Shown one piece after another: positions 1-10,214 of a DNA stretch of 64,000 nt. The stretch comes from an uncultured Roseivirgaceae bacterium (GTDB lineage Bacteria > Bacteroidota > Bacteroidia > Cytophagales > Cyclobacteriaceae): assembly GCA_964580205.1 (NCBI GenBank), contig CAZOJZ010000458.1:3298-67297 (forward strand). Reading direction: 5' to 3'. A program made the translations under genes and the position numbers. The number at the start of each line of letters is the position of its first letter. Within the stretch, counting starts at the first letter, position 1. Under the pieces are notes generated by a model. It saw nothing but the letters and a program-made list of their open reading frames with translations, did no database searches and was not told the origin of the DNA.

Positions 1-4
1 TTAA

Positions 5-3000
5 TCATTTTATTAATATCATTTTTTTATTTTCGACATTTTTGTCGCCGCTGGTCAATGATTTTACCTCTACCTGGTATAGATAAATACCGCTTTTTAG
101 CTCAATTCCGTATCCATTTGTGCCGTTCCAAGCGGTATCTTCGATAGAAGACGGGCTATTTTCATATTTAGTCAATATCTGATGGACAAGCTTACCCTGT
201 ATATCAAATATCCGTATCGCTACCTCTAATGTCGCCCCTGGTTGATTATGATCAATAAGAAAAGTGGTGGATTCTCTAAATGGGTTTGGATAATTTAATA
301 CCTGGTTTAATGTTAGTTTATCGCCGTCAAATACATAAAATTCCAGGCTGGCATTACTTGAATTATTATACACATCCCAAACTTTTATGGTTATGGTTTG
401 TTTCCCTTCTTCCAATTTATTCATAGGGTAACGCACCCAGCCACTTTGATATGTATCTACATCAGCTTTAAAAAAATCATTAAGAACAAATTCCTCCTGG
501 TAATTTAGTTGTGCTGTGATATCCTGCCCAATTCCCGTATTTGAGATATTTATTCCGCTTTCGTCAGTTATTTTTGCCAAAAGCACTGTGTTCTCACCGG
601 TAGATCCTCCATCTACAAACGAAGTATCGTCCATATACAACGTGATTTGAGGAGGTGTATTGTCTAAGGGCGCATTTTTATTACTTCCTCCAATAATAAA
701 TGAGTTTGTGGCTCCACCAGCATCCTCTAATCCGTTGGAACTGAGGGCATATAGACTAATTTTCCCTCTTCCTGATTGATAATTAATATTTTTAGGGACT
801 ATAAAATTTACCTCGAATTGACCAGACTTGATACTTGCCTGGCCCCTGAAAATAACACTATTTCGTTCCTTAAAAGTAAAAGTTCGCCCCCCCTCGCTGC
901 CTAAAGTTTCAGTAATTGTTTCTTTGTCAAAAACGGTTACTTCAGCAGTGCCATGATAATTCAATATTTGCTCACCCTCCGAATTGGTGACTGCTCCCTT
1001 CATTCGAACGGCGCTAAGAGCATGAACAGTATCTCCGGGTATCGACTCGTCAGCGATGATCTCGGTAATTCTCAGGTTTTGTCGCGGATATGACAATTTC
1101 ATTGATGGATCTCCTAAAAGGGCAAAGTTACGGTTAGCGACGATGGCATAGCTGTCATTTTTGGTGTATTTAATAATATCTCCTAAGGTAGGATATCCTG
1201 TATCTGTTTGGTTAAGGGCGATTTCATAAAATGCCCTGTTCAGTATGAAATTCTTACTGGCGAATACAGGTCGTGAGGTAGTTACCAGACCTATTGCACC
1301 TCCTTTGGGGTTGGTGATAAGTTTTTCCGCTCCCGAGATCCGCTTAGGGTCATCATGACGGCCAAATTCGCAGGTGGCGGTTACGAATAAAGGTAATCGA
1401 TCAAAGTTTTCCCAGCTATTGATGGTATTGTGATCGAGAATAGTTTCATCTGCCCAGCGGAATTCACTGCCATGACCAGTGTAATTGATGATTAGCGCTC
1501 CTTTCTTTATAGCTTCTTCTATTGCCTGGTTTACAGCGTCTGCCGATTCTCCATTGGGCGTTTGTTCCTGGGGAAATGCGTCCATGTAGATTTTGTTGAC
1601 ATTAAAATCTTGATTGGTGGTGTCCACCAAGGTGGCCAATTGATCGGCGTCTCTTTGGTGAAGGTTGAAATCTCCATCGTCTGCTACATAGTAAATATCC
1701 TGACGCCAACTTCCCAATGAGGCTGTGTTGGAGGCGTAGTGGATCAATTTATCTACTATCCCCTGGGCTTCCTGTACGTTGGTAACCGGTAAACGTCCTA
1801 CGCCGATATCCAGGATATGCCCGCCGGTTCCTGATAGCTCTTCCGACCAGACCCCCTCATCATTATCCAGGAACCCGTAGTAGTCGTCGGAGTTGTGGCT
1901 GTATATGGGATCCAACGAGTTCCGGGATTGATAGGTCGGGACATAGTTGGTGTTGTCCTGGGTAATATTTTTGTAATCGAATGAACAGCGGCCAAAAAGC
2001 AACAAGTACTTTAATTCGGGGCTCCTTCGATGGAGGTGCCGGACAAAATCCCTAATGGCTGTTACATCCTGTCTACCAGAGCTGAATTCATTATAGATCT
2101 CCTCAGGTGATACTACCTGTACCTCTAATTGATCATTCTGGGCGCGAAACGCCGCAAGTCTCTCTGCTTCAGCCGTAAACAACGGGTGCGCAACTATTAG
2201 CAAATCGGGGACCTGCATTCCATGAAGGTCTTGGTTGGCAACAGGTTGCGAAGCTATCGGCACAGGAAAATCATGCCCTGAAAAGACCACAAATTCTCTT
2301 AAGACCTGTGTTTGAGCTCCAAAGATCGCCTGGTCTCCTACCAGGGTAAATTCCTGAATTAGCAAGTTTTGTGGATCGGTAATGTCCCAAATAACCGTTC
2401 CACTGCTGACATTATTCACCGTGAAGGTACTGAATGCGTTATTTAAACTTGATGGAGACCGAAAGACTGTGGCCGGCTCATATTGTCCCAACAGACTTTC
2501 GTAACATACTTGCAGGCTGTTAAAACGGCCGCTACCTGCTCCATCGTATGAAACCTCAAAGTTAAAGACTGCTTGTTGATTGATTTCATTCTGACTTATA
2601 GTAAATGTGTCAATTACAGCCACTCCCTTGTCATCGTAAGTGCCTGGTCCAACTCCTGATGCGTCAATTGCTCCAATATTCGAATCGTTTAGCGAGAAGT
2701 TGAAGCTGGCCTTCTCCTGGCTTTGATTTAATACCGACGAAATGATAGTAATGGTAGATCCGGAAGTTAACGGAGGAATATTGGGAAAGCTGACACTAAG
2801 CGGACTTGATGATACCATTAACTCCCCATACCATTCCCGGCCCGAGCTCAGTATATTTTTAAGATCTAACTCATGATAAGCATAGCCAATATAGCTGTCA
2901 ATGACAGGATGATTATCGCCTTTGTTGGCGATGGTATCCACACTTTTACCTTGCTGGGTGCCGACTGTAAGCAGATAATATGCAGTGTCCGCATAAAGGT

Positions 3001-3397
3001 TCTTTTGGTATATCAGATGCCCTTCATTGTTTATATACTCCAGATTTGGGCCCTCTGAAAAGAACAAAATATAATCTGTTGCATCAAATGAGTCATCTTC
3101 CAATCCAACGCGGTACAGGGCATTTTCTTGAAGATCCGATGGTCTCGCTATCTGGTTGCTTTGCGGCAGCATACCTCCGCCTTGCCCAAAGAGTTGAATA
3201 TTATCAGTTACAATTGATGCAGGGTCAAATCCCGCTTCCCGAATTGTTTGGAAGTCTATTTTATAAATACCTTTTGAAGTGACCCCCAATTTTACCCACT
3301 GTCCCGAAGACAATACTGAGGAGTTCTGCCCGTAAATTGGAGAATTTATACTGTAAATTATTAAAAAATAAAATGCTAAGGTATATATCCTGGACAT
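5..3397 (-). CDS. porU: Type IX secretion system sortase PorU (C25 gingipain-like peptidase)
   Basis: The ORF is about 1130 aa. I take ATG at 3397 as the start rather than the TTG at 3403. It has a signal peptide (MSRIYTLAFYFLIIYSINSPIYGQ). His and Cys contexts fit a C25 caspase-like fold (INYTGHGSEF, FVTATCEFG). The C-terminal tail resembles a T9SS sorting domain (LNYPNPF...GIYLYQVEVKS). Size matches PorU. Confidence 0.8.
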   Translation of the reverse strand: MSRIYTLAFYFLIIYSINSPIYGQNSSVLSSGQWVKLGVTSKGIYKIDFQTIREAGFDPASIVTDNIQLFGQGGGMLPQSNQIARPSDLQENALYRVGLEDDSFDATDYILFFSEGPNLEYINNEGHLIYQKNLYADTAYYLLTVGTQQGKSVDTIANKGDNHPVIDSYIGYAYHELDLKNILSSGREWYGELMVSSSPLSVSFPNIPPLTSGSTITIISSVLNQSQEKASFNFSLNDSNIGAIDASGVGPGTYDDKGVAVIDTFTISQNEINQQAVFNFEVSYDGAGSGRFNSLQVCYESLLGQYEPATVFRSPSSLNNAFSTFTVNNVSSGTVIWDITDPQNLLIQEFTLVGDQAIFGAQTQVLREFVVFSGHDFPVPIASQPVANQDLHGMQVPDLLIVAHPLFTAEAERLAAFRAQNDQLEVQVVSPEEIYNEFSSGRQDVTAIRDFVRHLHRRSPELKYLLLFGRCSFDYKNITQDNTNYVPTYQSRNSLDPIYSHNSDDYYGFLDNDEGVWSEELSGTGGHILDIGVGRLPVTNVQEAQGIVDKLIHYASNTASLGSWRQDIYYVADDGDFNLHQRDADQLATLVDTTNQDFNVNKIYMDAFPQEQTPNGESADAVNQAIEEAIKKGALIINYTGHGSEFRWADETILDHNTINSWENFDRLPLFVTATCEFGRHDDPKRISGAEKLITNPKGGAIGLVTTSRPVFASKNFILNRAFYEIALNQTDTGYPTLGDIIKYTKNDSYAIVANRNFALLGDPSMKLSYPRQNLRITEIIADESIPGDTVHALSAVRMKGAVTNSEGEQILNYHGTAEVTVFDKETITETLGSEGGRTFTFKERNSVIFRGQASIKSGQFEVNFIVPKNINYQSGRGKISLYALSSNGLEDAGGATNSFIIGGSNKNAPLDNTPPQITLYMDDTSFVDGGSTGENTVLLAKITDESGINISNTGIGQDITAQLNYQEEFVLNDFFKADVDTYQSGWVRYPMNKLEEGKQTITIKVWDVYNNSSNASLEFYVFDGDKLTLNQVLNYPNPFRESTTFLIDHNQPGATLEVAIRIFDIQGKLVHQILTKYENSPSSIEDTAWNGTNGYGIELKSGIYLYQVEVKSLTSGDKNVENKKMILIK

Positions 3398-3460
3398 CAC
3401 CAATTATAAACTAGTTATTATCGACTTATTAATCTGTCAGAACAATTACAATCCAACCTA

Positions 3461-4159
3461 TCAATGCCGCTGATATTGCCATATTACAGACATCAACAAA
3501 TACAGTAACATAATGACCGGAATTGCTAAAATTCCCAATGCCAGCCCCGTGATAATGGACATGCCAATAAATAAAAACCGGTATTTATTTTCAGCCCAGA
3601 TTAGGTTTTGGAACTTGAAGCCAAACAGACGGATATTTGATACTAATAAGTAAGACAATATTCCGATGATCAAAAGCCAATAAATCGGATTTTCTAACCC
3701 ATGACGTAAATTCTCGCTGTTTTCGTCGATCAAAGCGGGGAAGCTGCTTATAAATAATGCATTTGCCGGGGTGGGTAATCCTTTAAAGTCAATATTTTGC
3801 TCGGTATCCAGGTTAAATCTGGCCAATCGCATGGCTGAAAACAGAGTCAACACAAACGATGCATAAGGCCAGGGATCATCCAAATATCCTGAACTAAGGG
3901 CGTAGATAATGGTAGCAGGCAGCAGCCCGAATGAAATCAGATCGGAAAGTGAATCCAAGTGCTTTCCCAGGTCCGATGAAGCTCCCAGGACCCTGGCCAC
4001 TATGCCATCCAGAAGATCCAGAGTTGCACAGATCCAGATCATATAAACAGCCCATTGAATTTGAAAGTCTAACGCCCAGACTACCCCCAGGCAGCCAAAA
4101 TACAAACTGGCAAGTGTAATGAGATTGGGTAGAAAACGTAGAGGGATGAGTCTGACCAT
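3461..4159 (-). CDS. pssA: CDP-alcohol phosphatidyltransferase, probably CDP-diacylglycerol-serine O-phosphatidyltransferase
   Basis: The family motif D-G-x2-A-R-x8-G-x3-D-x3-D is present (LDLLDGIVARVLGASSDLGKHLDSLSDLISFG). The protein is polytopic and 232 aa long. Confidence 0.7.
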   Translation of the reverse strand: MVRLIPLRFLPNLITLASLYFGCLGVVWALDFQIQWAVYMIWICATLDLLDGIVARVLGASSDLGKHLDSLSDLISFGLLPATIIYALSSGYLDDPWPYASFVLTLFSAMRLARFNLDTEQNIDFKGLPTPANALFISSFPALIDENSENLRHGLENPIYWLLIIGILSYLLVSNIRLFGFKFQNLIWAENKYRFLFIGMSIITGLALGILAIPVIMLLYLLMSVIWQYQRH

Positions 4160-4804
4160 TTAAACAATTGCACAAAATGGATTGGTTTTTTTTTCTTGCC
4201 CCACCGTTGTAGGTGGCCCGTGACCTGAATACACTGTTGTTTCATCAGGTAATGAAAAGATCTTTTCATGTATACTCGTTATCAACGTTTGATGATCACC
4301 TCCGGGAAGATCTGTCCGACCGATACTGCCCTGGAATAGAACATCTCCACCCAAACAAATTTTTGATTCAGCATGATAAAATGCCAGGTGTCCCGGGGAG
4401 TGACCCGGCACAAACAATACCTCAAACCGGGTATCCCCAAATTTTATGGTGTCCTGGACTAAAATATATTCATCAACATCAGCTTCCTGATATTTAGGAA
4501 ACCCATAGACCGGGGCATAAGCCTTTACCGCCGCCAGCACTTCCTTTTCTCCTTCCGGGATTGCCAATGGGACCTGATACTTGTCCTTAATGAACTGGTT
4601 TCCCAGTACGTGATCAATATGGCAATGTGTATTGATTACCTGGGTGATCTGGAGGTGATTATCATTGATAAATTGGGAAAGAGTAAGTTGTTCCTGTTGT
4701 TCATAGCATCCGGGATCCAGGATCACACCTTCACCTGTTTGGTCAAATGCCACATATGTATTCTCCTGAAACGGACCAAAAATAAAGGATTCTATCTTTA
4801 ACAT
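4160..4804 (-). CDS. MBL-fold metallo-hydrolase (glyoxalase II-like)
   Basis: It carries the HxHxDH motif (THCHIDHV) and later PGHSPGH and GD..F motifs. I prefer ATG at 4804 (MLKIESF...) over the GTG at 4825. The stop codon abuts the pssA start. Confidence 0.75.
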   Translation of the reverse strand: MLKIESFIFGPFQENTYVAFDQTGEGVILDPGCYEQQEQLTLSQFINDNHLQITQVINTHCHIDHVLGNQFIKDKYQVPLAIPEGEKEVLAAVKAYAPVYGFPKYQEADVDEYILVQDTIKFGDTRFEVLFVPGHSPGHLAFYHAESKICLGGDVLFQGSIGRTDLPGGDHQTLITSIHEKIFSLPDETTVYSGHGPPTTVGQEKKTNPFCAIV

Positions 4805-4877
4805 GTACGAGTGATCATTGGGCACAAATTTGTGGAATAATTAGCAAATATCCATATCACATACTTTAATTTGGTAT

Positions 4878-5942
4878 ATGGTATGGGATTACTTCATAGT
4901 GGGTCAGGGACTTGCAGGATCTATATTATCATACAATTTGATCAGGAATGATCTCAAGGTATTAGTATTCGATGATCCGGTTCTTCCAAAGTCCAGCACG
5001 GTTGCAGCTGGAATTTACAACCCGTTTACCGGCAGAAAGATGGTCATGACATGGATGGCTGAACAGCTTTTTCCCTATCTGCTGAAATTTTATAAAGATC
5101 TGGAGGCGGAATTAGGCGTTCGACTCCTTTATAACATTCCTATGTACCGCCCTTTTCTTTCTTTGGAGGAGGAAAATGAGTGGAGCACTCGATTGTGTGA
5201 AGATAGCTATAGTCAGTTTATAGAGCGCATATTGAGTCCACATGAGGCACTGATCCAGGTAGTAAACCCTATGGGGGGCATGATGCTTAAAATGTCCGGA
5301 TATGTTGACATCGGGGCCCTGATACGGGGAGTTACCGATTTCCTGGAGCAACGTAAGGCATTTCGTTCCGAGCGGTTTTCATACCATAAACTGCAAATAT
5401 TGAAGGATCATGTACAATATAATGGGCATTCAGCACGCAAGATAATTTTCTGTGAAGGACCGTCCATGAGTGGCAATAATTTTTTTAGCTGGTTGCCGTT
5501 GAATTTAGTAAAGGGTGAGATATTGGAATTAGAACTTCAGGAACCACTGACGTATATTGTGAACAGAGGGGTGTTTGTGCTGCCTATAACCAAACGTTAT
5601 TGCAGAGTTGGATCAACATTCGATAACCAGGACCTTAGCTGGGAGGTGACCGATCGAGCAAAAACTCAGCTACTCCATAAACTAGACAAACTAATTCGTA
5701 TCCCATACCGTGTAATTGGGCATAGTGCGGGTGTTCGGCCCGCATCCCTGGATAGAAGACCATTCATTGGTTTGCACCCCGAACACGAACCATTAGGAGT
5801 TTTTAATGGTTTAGGAACTAAGGGTGTTTCATTGTCACCCTACTTTGCTCAGGAGTTTTTCGAATTTCTGGAACTGGGCAAACCTTTGATTAAGCACGTG
5901 GAGATTAGTCGCTATTTTTCTTTATATTACAACAAATTTTAA
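4878..5942 (+). CDS. FAD-dependent oxidoreductase (DAO family)
   Basis: The N-terminus has a Rossmann dinucleotide motif (DYFIVGQGLAGS...VLVFD). The protein is 354 aa. The specific substrate cannot be called. Confidence 0.6.
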   Translation: MVWDYFIVGQGLAGSILSYNLIRNDLKVLVFDDPVLPKSSTVAAGIYNPFTGRKMVMTWMAEQLFPYLLKFYKDLEAELGVRLLYNIPMYRPFLSLEEENEWSTRLCEDSYSQFIERILSPHEALIQVVNPMGGMMLKMSGYVDIGALIRGVTDFLEQRKAFRSERFSYHKLQILKDHVQYNGHSARKIIFCEGPSMSGNNFFSWLPLNLVKGEILELELQEPLTYIVNRGVFVLPITKRYCRVGSTFDNQDLSWEVTDRAKTQLLHKLDKLIRIPYRVIGHSAGVRPASLDRRPFIGLHPEHEPLGVFNGLGTKGVSLSPYFAQEFFEFLELGKPLIKHVEISRYFSLYYNKF

Positions 5943-5950
5943 TCCAATTT

Positions 5951-8900
5951 ATGACGCCCAGACTTATAATATGCTCTGTGCTGGTAGTGGTTTTTACCTG
6001 CTTTTTTGAAGATTCACAAGGGCAGGAATCTATAGATGATTTCGGCAAGAACCGGGTACAATACAAGAATTTTAACTGGCAATATTATAGTGCAGAAAAT
6101 TTCGATGTTTATTTTTATGAAGGTGGTAAACAAAACGCCAAAAGAGCCGCCGAATACCTGGAAAATGAATACGATCGAATTACCCAGGATGTACTAGGGT
6201 ATGCACTTTATTCCAAAGCGAAAGTTTTCATTTACAATTCAATTTCTGACCTGCAGCAAAGTAATATTGGCATCAGCAGCAAAAATTTTACCTCCAGTGG
6301 CCAAACTGATTTTGTGAAGCCACAGGTCGAAGTTGCCTACCCAGGAAGTAACGTGGATTTCAAGCAGGAGTTGATTTACCAGGTTTCCAAGTTGCTTATT
6401 CGGGATATGATGTACGGAGGTAGTCTAACAGAGATGTTTCAAAGCTCGTATCTGTTTAACTTGCCCGATTGGGTAATTGACGGTGGAGCGCTATTCATAA
6501 CCAATGGTTGGTCAGTGGAGATGGACGATTACATGCGCGACTATTTCAAGACCAGAAAATTCAGGAAATTAGGAAAACTGGGTGGCAAGGAAGCAGCAGT
6601 GGTGGGACAGTCCATTTGGAATTACATTGCCGAGAACTATGGGCTCAACAATATCTCAAATATTTTAAACCTGACCCGGATCAACCGAAGTGAACAAAAC
6701 AGCATAATATACACGTTGGGGGTGACATATGATCGTTTTATCGATGAATGGAAGGCTTACTATATTAACATGTCTGATCAGGTCAATGCCAATTATCAGG
6801 CCCCAAATGAAGGTTCATCCGTGCTAAAAGAGAACAAGAAGGGACTAATTTATCATCAGGTGAAACTAAGTCCAAATGGCACCATTCTGGCTTACTCCAC
6901 CAATTTCAATGGAAAACATGAGGTTCGTATTAGGGACCTGACTTCTGGAAAAGAAGAATCAGTAGTAAAAGGAGGCTATAAAGTGATCAATCAGGAGATA
7001 GATGAGGAAATCCCTTTATTGTCGTGGAAAGACAACAATACTTTGGGGGTCATAAATGTGGATAAAGGAGAATATCAATTAATCTTGCATGATGTAGGGT
7101 CTGGCAGGTCTCAAAAAAGATCTTTGGGCAAAATAACTCAGGTAAAATCCTTTGAGTTTCATGAAAATGGAAAAACCGCCATTGTCAGTGGTGATAGTAA
7201 GGGTCAGAATGATTTATTTTTACTTTCATTGAGTAAAAATACCATGAGACGGATCACCAATGATTCTTACGATGACATGAACCCCAGGTTCCTTCCAGGA
7301 TCCAATAATGTGGTTTTTTCTTCCAATCGAACCAACGATACATTGAAAAGGGAAACCCTGAAGTTGAAGGAAGTGGAAACTAATTTTAATCTTTTCTTAC
7401 TCAATTTGGATTCGGTAAGTAAGGTTCTTGTCCGTGTGACCAACACACTAAGTCGAGACATTCAGCCAATACCCCAGGATCACAACGTGATTTACTATAT
7501 AAGCGATCAAAAAGGTATTTTCAATCTTTATAAATATGAATTAAACACCAAACTTTACACCCAACTTTCGAAATTCTCTAAGAGCATTAAGCATTACGAT
7601 ATTAATTTTAAAAAGGGTTCGATTGCTTACGTAATGAATAATGCTGGGGGGGATCAAATTTATTATCAGGGAAACTTTAATCTGACACAGAACAATTTCA
7701 CGCCACCAACCAGGCGACAGGAAGTTCAGCAGGCCATGTTTATTTCCGAACGGATTAGGGAGCGCAAGCTACGGGAACTGAAACAATTGGAGAATGAACC
7801 GGAACCGCAAGATACTCTGATGTTTCAACTAGTCCAACCTATGGACAGTATCTCAAACCTGGAAAATGACGAGACCACCGGCGCCATTGATACAGATAAC
7901 TACGTGTTTGATACAGATGTTTTGGAGGAGGTTGAACAGGAGGAACAAGAACCAGGTTCGATACTGCAAAATTTCCGTCGTATGGCAAGGGAGGCTGAAA
8001 TAAATGGCCCATATAACTACCAGCCTCGTGTAGGGTTTGAAAACATCATATTTTCCTGGGTTATCGATCCATTAATAGGATTCGGTATTCAGGCGGAGGT
8101 CACTGTAAATGATCTATTGGAAAACCATAAGTTTTACGGTGGAGTGTTGGCAACAACCGACCTGAGAAGCGGTAGCTACTATGGCGAATATCATTACTTA
8201 AAGGGTCGGATTGACTATCATGCCGGGTTTAAACGCCGGACAGTTTTCAGGGCTATTAATGACCCAATAGCTGACTATGATATCAAGTATATTCTGAACC
8301 GAATTGAAGTTGGAGCCAGCTTTCCTATCAACATTAGGAGCAGAATCCGGGTAAGCCCCTTCTACACTGGCACCAGGTCCTATGATCTTGATCCCACAAA
8401 ACTGAGTTTTCCTCCCGGAACGCCAGGTCTTCCAGAACCTGCTGACACCAAACGGGATTACTTTGGAGGCAAATTGGAGTACGTATATGATAATACAGTT
8501 GTAAACGGGTTAAACTTCGAAGGAACCAGACTCAAAGCGTTTTTTGAACACTACGAGAGTTTTAATGATAGCAAGCTGAATTTCAATACCTTCAAGATCG
8601 ATGTGAGACATTACCGTAAAATTCATCGCGAATTAATATTTGCAGGTCGCTTGTTCTATGCACGCTCTTTTGGTAGTGATCCCAAAGATTTCCTGCTGGG
8701 AGGGATGAGCAACTGGTTGTTTAACGAAACTGATAATGAGAACAATGAAGGTGATCCATTAAATGATCCAATTGATGCAGATAACAGTGATATACTTTTT
8801 GTTGAGTTTGTGACCAATATGAGGGGATTCAATTACAATAAGTTCAGTGGAAATAACGCCTTGTTGTTTAATGCTGAACTGAGGTTCCCGGTAATTAAAT

Positions 8901-9211
8901 TTTTCAACAGCGGGCCAATTGCTTCAAACTTTTTCCGAAATCTACAGCTAATAGGTTTCTATGACCTTGGCTCCGCCTGGACAGGCAACAGTCCCCTTGC
9001 CGACGAAAACAGCTTGAATACTGAAATAATCGAAGCGGGTAATTTCAAAGCCAGGATCAACAACTTTGGTAGCCCTTGGTTAGCTAGTTACGGAACAGGA
9101 GTCAGGACAGTGCTTCTTGGTTATTATCTTAAGTTTGATGTAGCCTGGCCCATAGAAGACTTCGAGGTTGGATCCCCAAAATTTTATCTGACCCTGGGAT
9201 ACGATTTTTAA
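5951..9211 (+). CDS. Uncharacterised outer-membrane protein: N-terminal domain + TolB-like beta-propeller + Omp85/BamA-like C-terminal barrel
   Basis: It has a signal peptide. The middle region has TolB/WD40-like repeats (SPNGTILAYS, ENGKTAIVSGD, NPRFLPGSNNVVFSSNR). The C-terminus carries Omp85-type barrel signatures (NAELRFPV, GFYDLGSAWTG, GTGVRTVLLGYYLKFDVAWP, terminal F). It starts 8 nt after the upstream gene. Confidence 0.5.
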   Translation: MTPRLIICSVLVVVFTCFFEDSQGQESIDDFGKNRVQYKNFNWQYYSAENFDVYFYEGGKQNAKRAAEYLENEYDRITQDVLGYALYSKAKVFIYNSISDLQQSNIGISSKNFTSSGQTDFVKPQVEVAYPGSNVDFKQELIYQVSKLLIRDMMYGGSLTEMFQSSYLFNLPDWVIDGGALFITNGWSVEMDDYMRDYFKTRKFRKLGKLGGKEAAVVGQSIWNYIAENYGLNNISNILNLTRINRSEQNSIIYTLGVTYDRFIDEWKAYYINMSDQVNANYQAPNEGSSVLKENKKGLIYHQVKLSPNGTILAYSTNFNGKHEVRIRDLTSGKEESVVKGGYKVINQEIDEEIPLLSWKDNNTLGVINVDKGEYQLILHDVGSGRSQKRSLGKITQVKSFEFHENGKTAIVSGDSKGQNDLFLLSLSKNTMRRITNDSYDDMNPRFLPGSNNVVFSSNRTNDTLKRETLKLKEVETNFNLFLLNLDSVSKVLVRVTNTLSRDIQPIPQDHNVIYYISDQKGIFNLYKYELNTKLYTQLSKFSKSIKHYDINFKKGSIAYVMNNAGGDQIYYQGNFNLTQNNFTPPTRRQEVQQAMFISERIRERKLRELKQLENEPEPQDTLMFQLVQPMDSISNLENDETTGAIDTDNYVFDTDVLEEVEQEEQEPGSILQNFRRMAREAEINGPYNYQPRVGFENIIFSWVIDPLIGFGIQAEVTVNDLLENHKFYGGVLATTDLRSGSYYGEYHYLKGRIDYHAGFKRRTVFRAINDPIADYDIKYILNRIEVGASFPINIRSRIRVSPFYTGTRSYDLDPTKLSFPPGTPGLPEPADTKRDYFGGKLEYVYDNTVVNGLNFEGTRLKAFFEHYESFNDSKLNFNTFKIDVRHYRKIHRELIFAGRLFYARSFGSDPKDFLLGGMSNWLFNETDNENNEGDPLNDPIDADNSDILFVEFVTNMRGFNYNKFSGNNALLFNAELRFPVIKFFNSGPIASNFFRNLQLIGFYDLGSAWTGNSPLADENSLNTEIIEAGNFKARINNFGSPWLASYGTGVRTVLLGYYLKFDVAWPIEDFEVGSPKFYLTLGYDF

Positions 9212-9278
9212 CTAGTTAATATCCCTTGGATTTTAGGAAGAATAATTTGTATATTCCTCCCAACCTTCAAACAAGTCT

Positions 9279-10157
9279 ATGATCAAATCTATGACGGGCT
9301 ATGGATCGGCTCAGCTCGAAAATGATTCACTTGGTATTTCTGTGGAAGTGAAATCATTGAACTCAAAGTACCTGGATACGGTAATCAAGCTTCCAAGGGT
9401 TTTTTTTGACAAGGAAATCGAGGTCAAAAAAATTGCCTCTAAAAAACTGGAAAGAGGGAAAATAGCAGTAAACATCAGCTATGAGCACAAGGATTCAGAA
9501 GAAGCCAGGATCACATTCAATGAAAAGTTGTTGAAGTCCTATTATAAAAAAGTCAAAAAGATTGCAACCGATATTGATGCACCTTCGGATGGATTATTAA
9601 AATTGGTTATGGAGTTTCCAGGAGTTATGCGTACCGAAGAAACAAAGGATAAGTTACAAGACCACTGGAATCGGGTGAAAGACATCATTCTGGAAGCGAT
9701 CATCAAATGCGAAGAGTTTCGTGTTGCTGAGGGCACTACTTTGAAAAACAAACTGGTGGTTTATGTTGATAAAATTGAAACCTATCTTTCAAAAGTCGAT
9801 AAAATAGACCCAACCCGGACCGAAGCAATTAAAAATCGATTGCAAAAGCATATGATGGAGATTGAGGGCAACGAAAAGTTCGATCCAAACAGGTTTGAAC
9901 AAGAGATGGTTTATTATATTGAAAAACTCGATATCAGCGAGGAAAAAGTTAGACTAAAAACACATCTCGATTATTTCTTGGACATTTTGAATGAAAATGA
10001 GTCACAGGGAAAAAAACTTTCTTTTTTAAGTCAGGAAATGGGCCGTGAGATCAATACCATTGGGTCCAAAGCCAATGATGCAGAAATTCAAAAACTGGTG
10101 GTTGGGATGAAGGATGAGTTGGAAAAGATCAAGGAACAGCTACAAAATATCTTATAA
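9279..10157 (+). CDS. yicC: YicC/YloC family endoribonuclease-like stress protein
   Basis: It has the characteristic N-terminus MIKSMTGYG and the conserved C-terminal block SQEMGREINTIGSKAND. Length is 292 aa. Confidence 0.8.
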   Translation: MIKSMTGYGSAQLENDSLGISVEVKSLNSKYLDTVIKLPRVFFDKEIEVKKIASKKLERGKIAVNISYEHKDSEEARITFNEKLLKSYYKKVKKIATDIDAPSDGLLKLVMEFPGVMRTEETKDKLQDHWNRVKDIILEAIIKCEEFRVAEGTTLKNKLVVYVDKIETYLSKVDKIDPTRTEAIKNRLQKHMMEIEGNEKFDPNRFEQEMVYYIEKLDISEEKVRLKTHLDYFLDILNENESQGKKLSFLSQEMGREINTIGSKANDAEIQKLVVGMKDELEKIKEQLQNIL

Positions 10158-10214
10158 AGAAACACGGACGGGATAAACGCCAGGGATCCAATGTAATGGT
10201 GAAGTGTACTTCTG

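Noticed and set aside
7646-7652. G7/C7 runs at 7646-7652, 887-893 and 37430-37436.
   Set aside because: Each encodes Gly-Gly within conserved proteins and is shorter than typical phase-variable tracts. Only the 8-nt run in the flippase gene was kept, as a low-interest finding.
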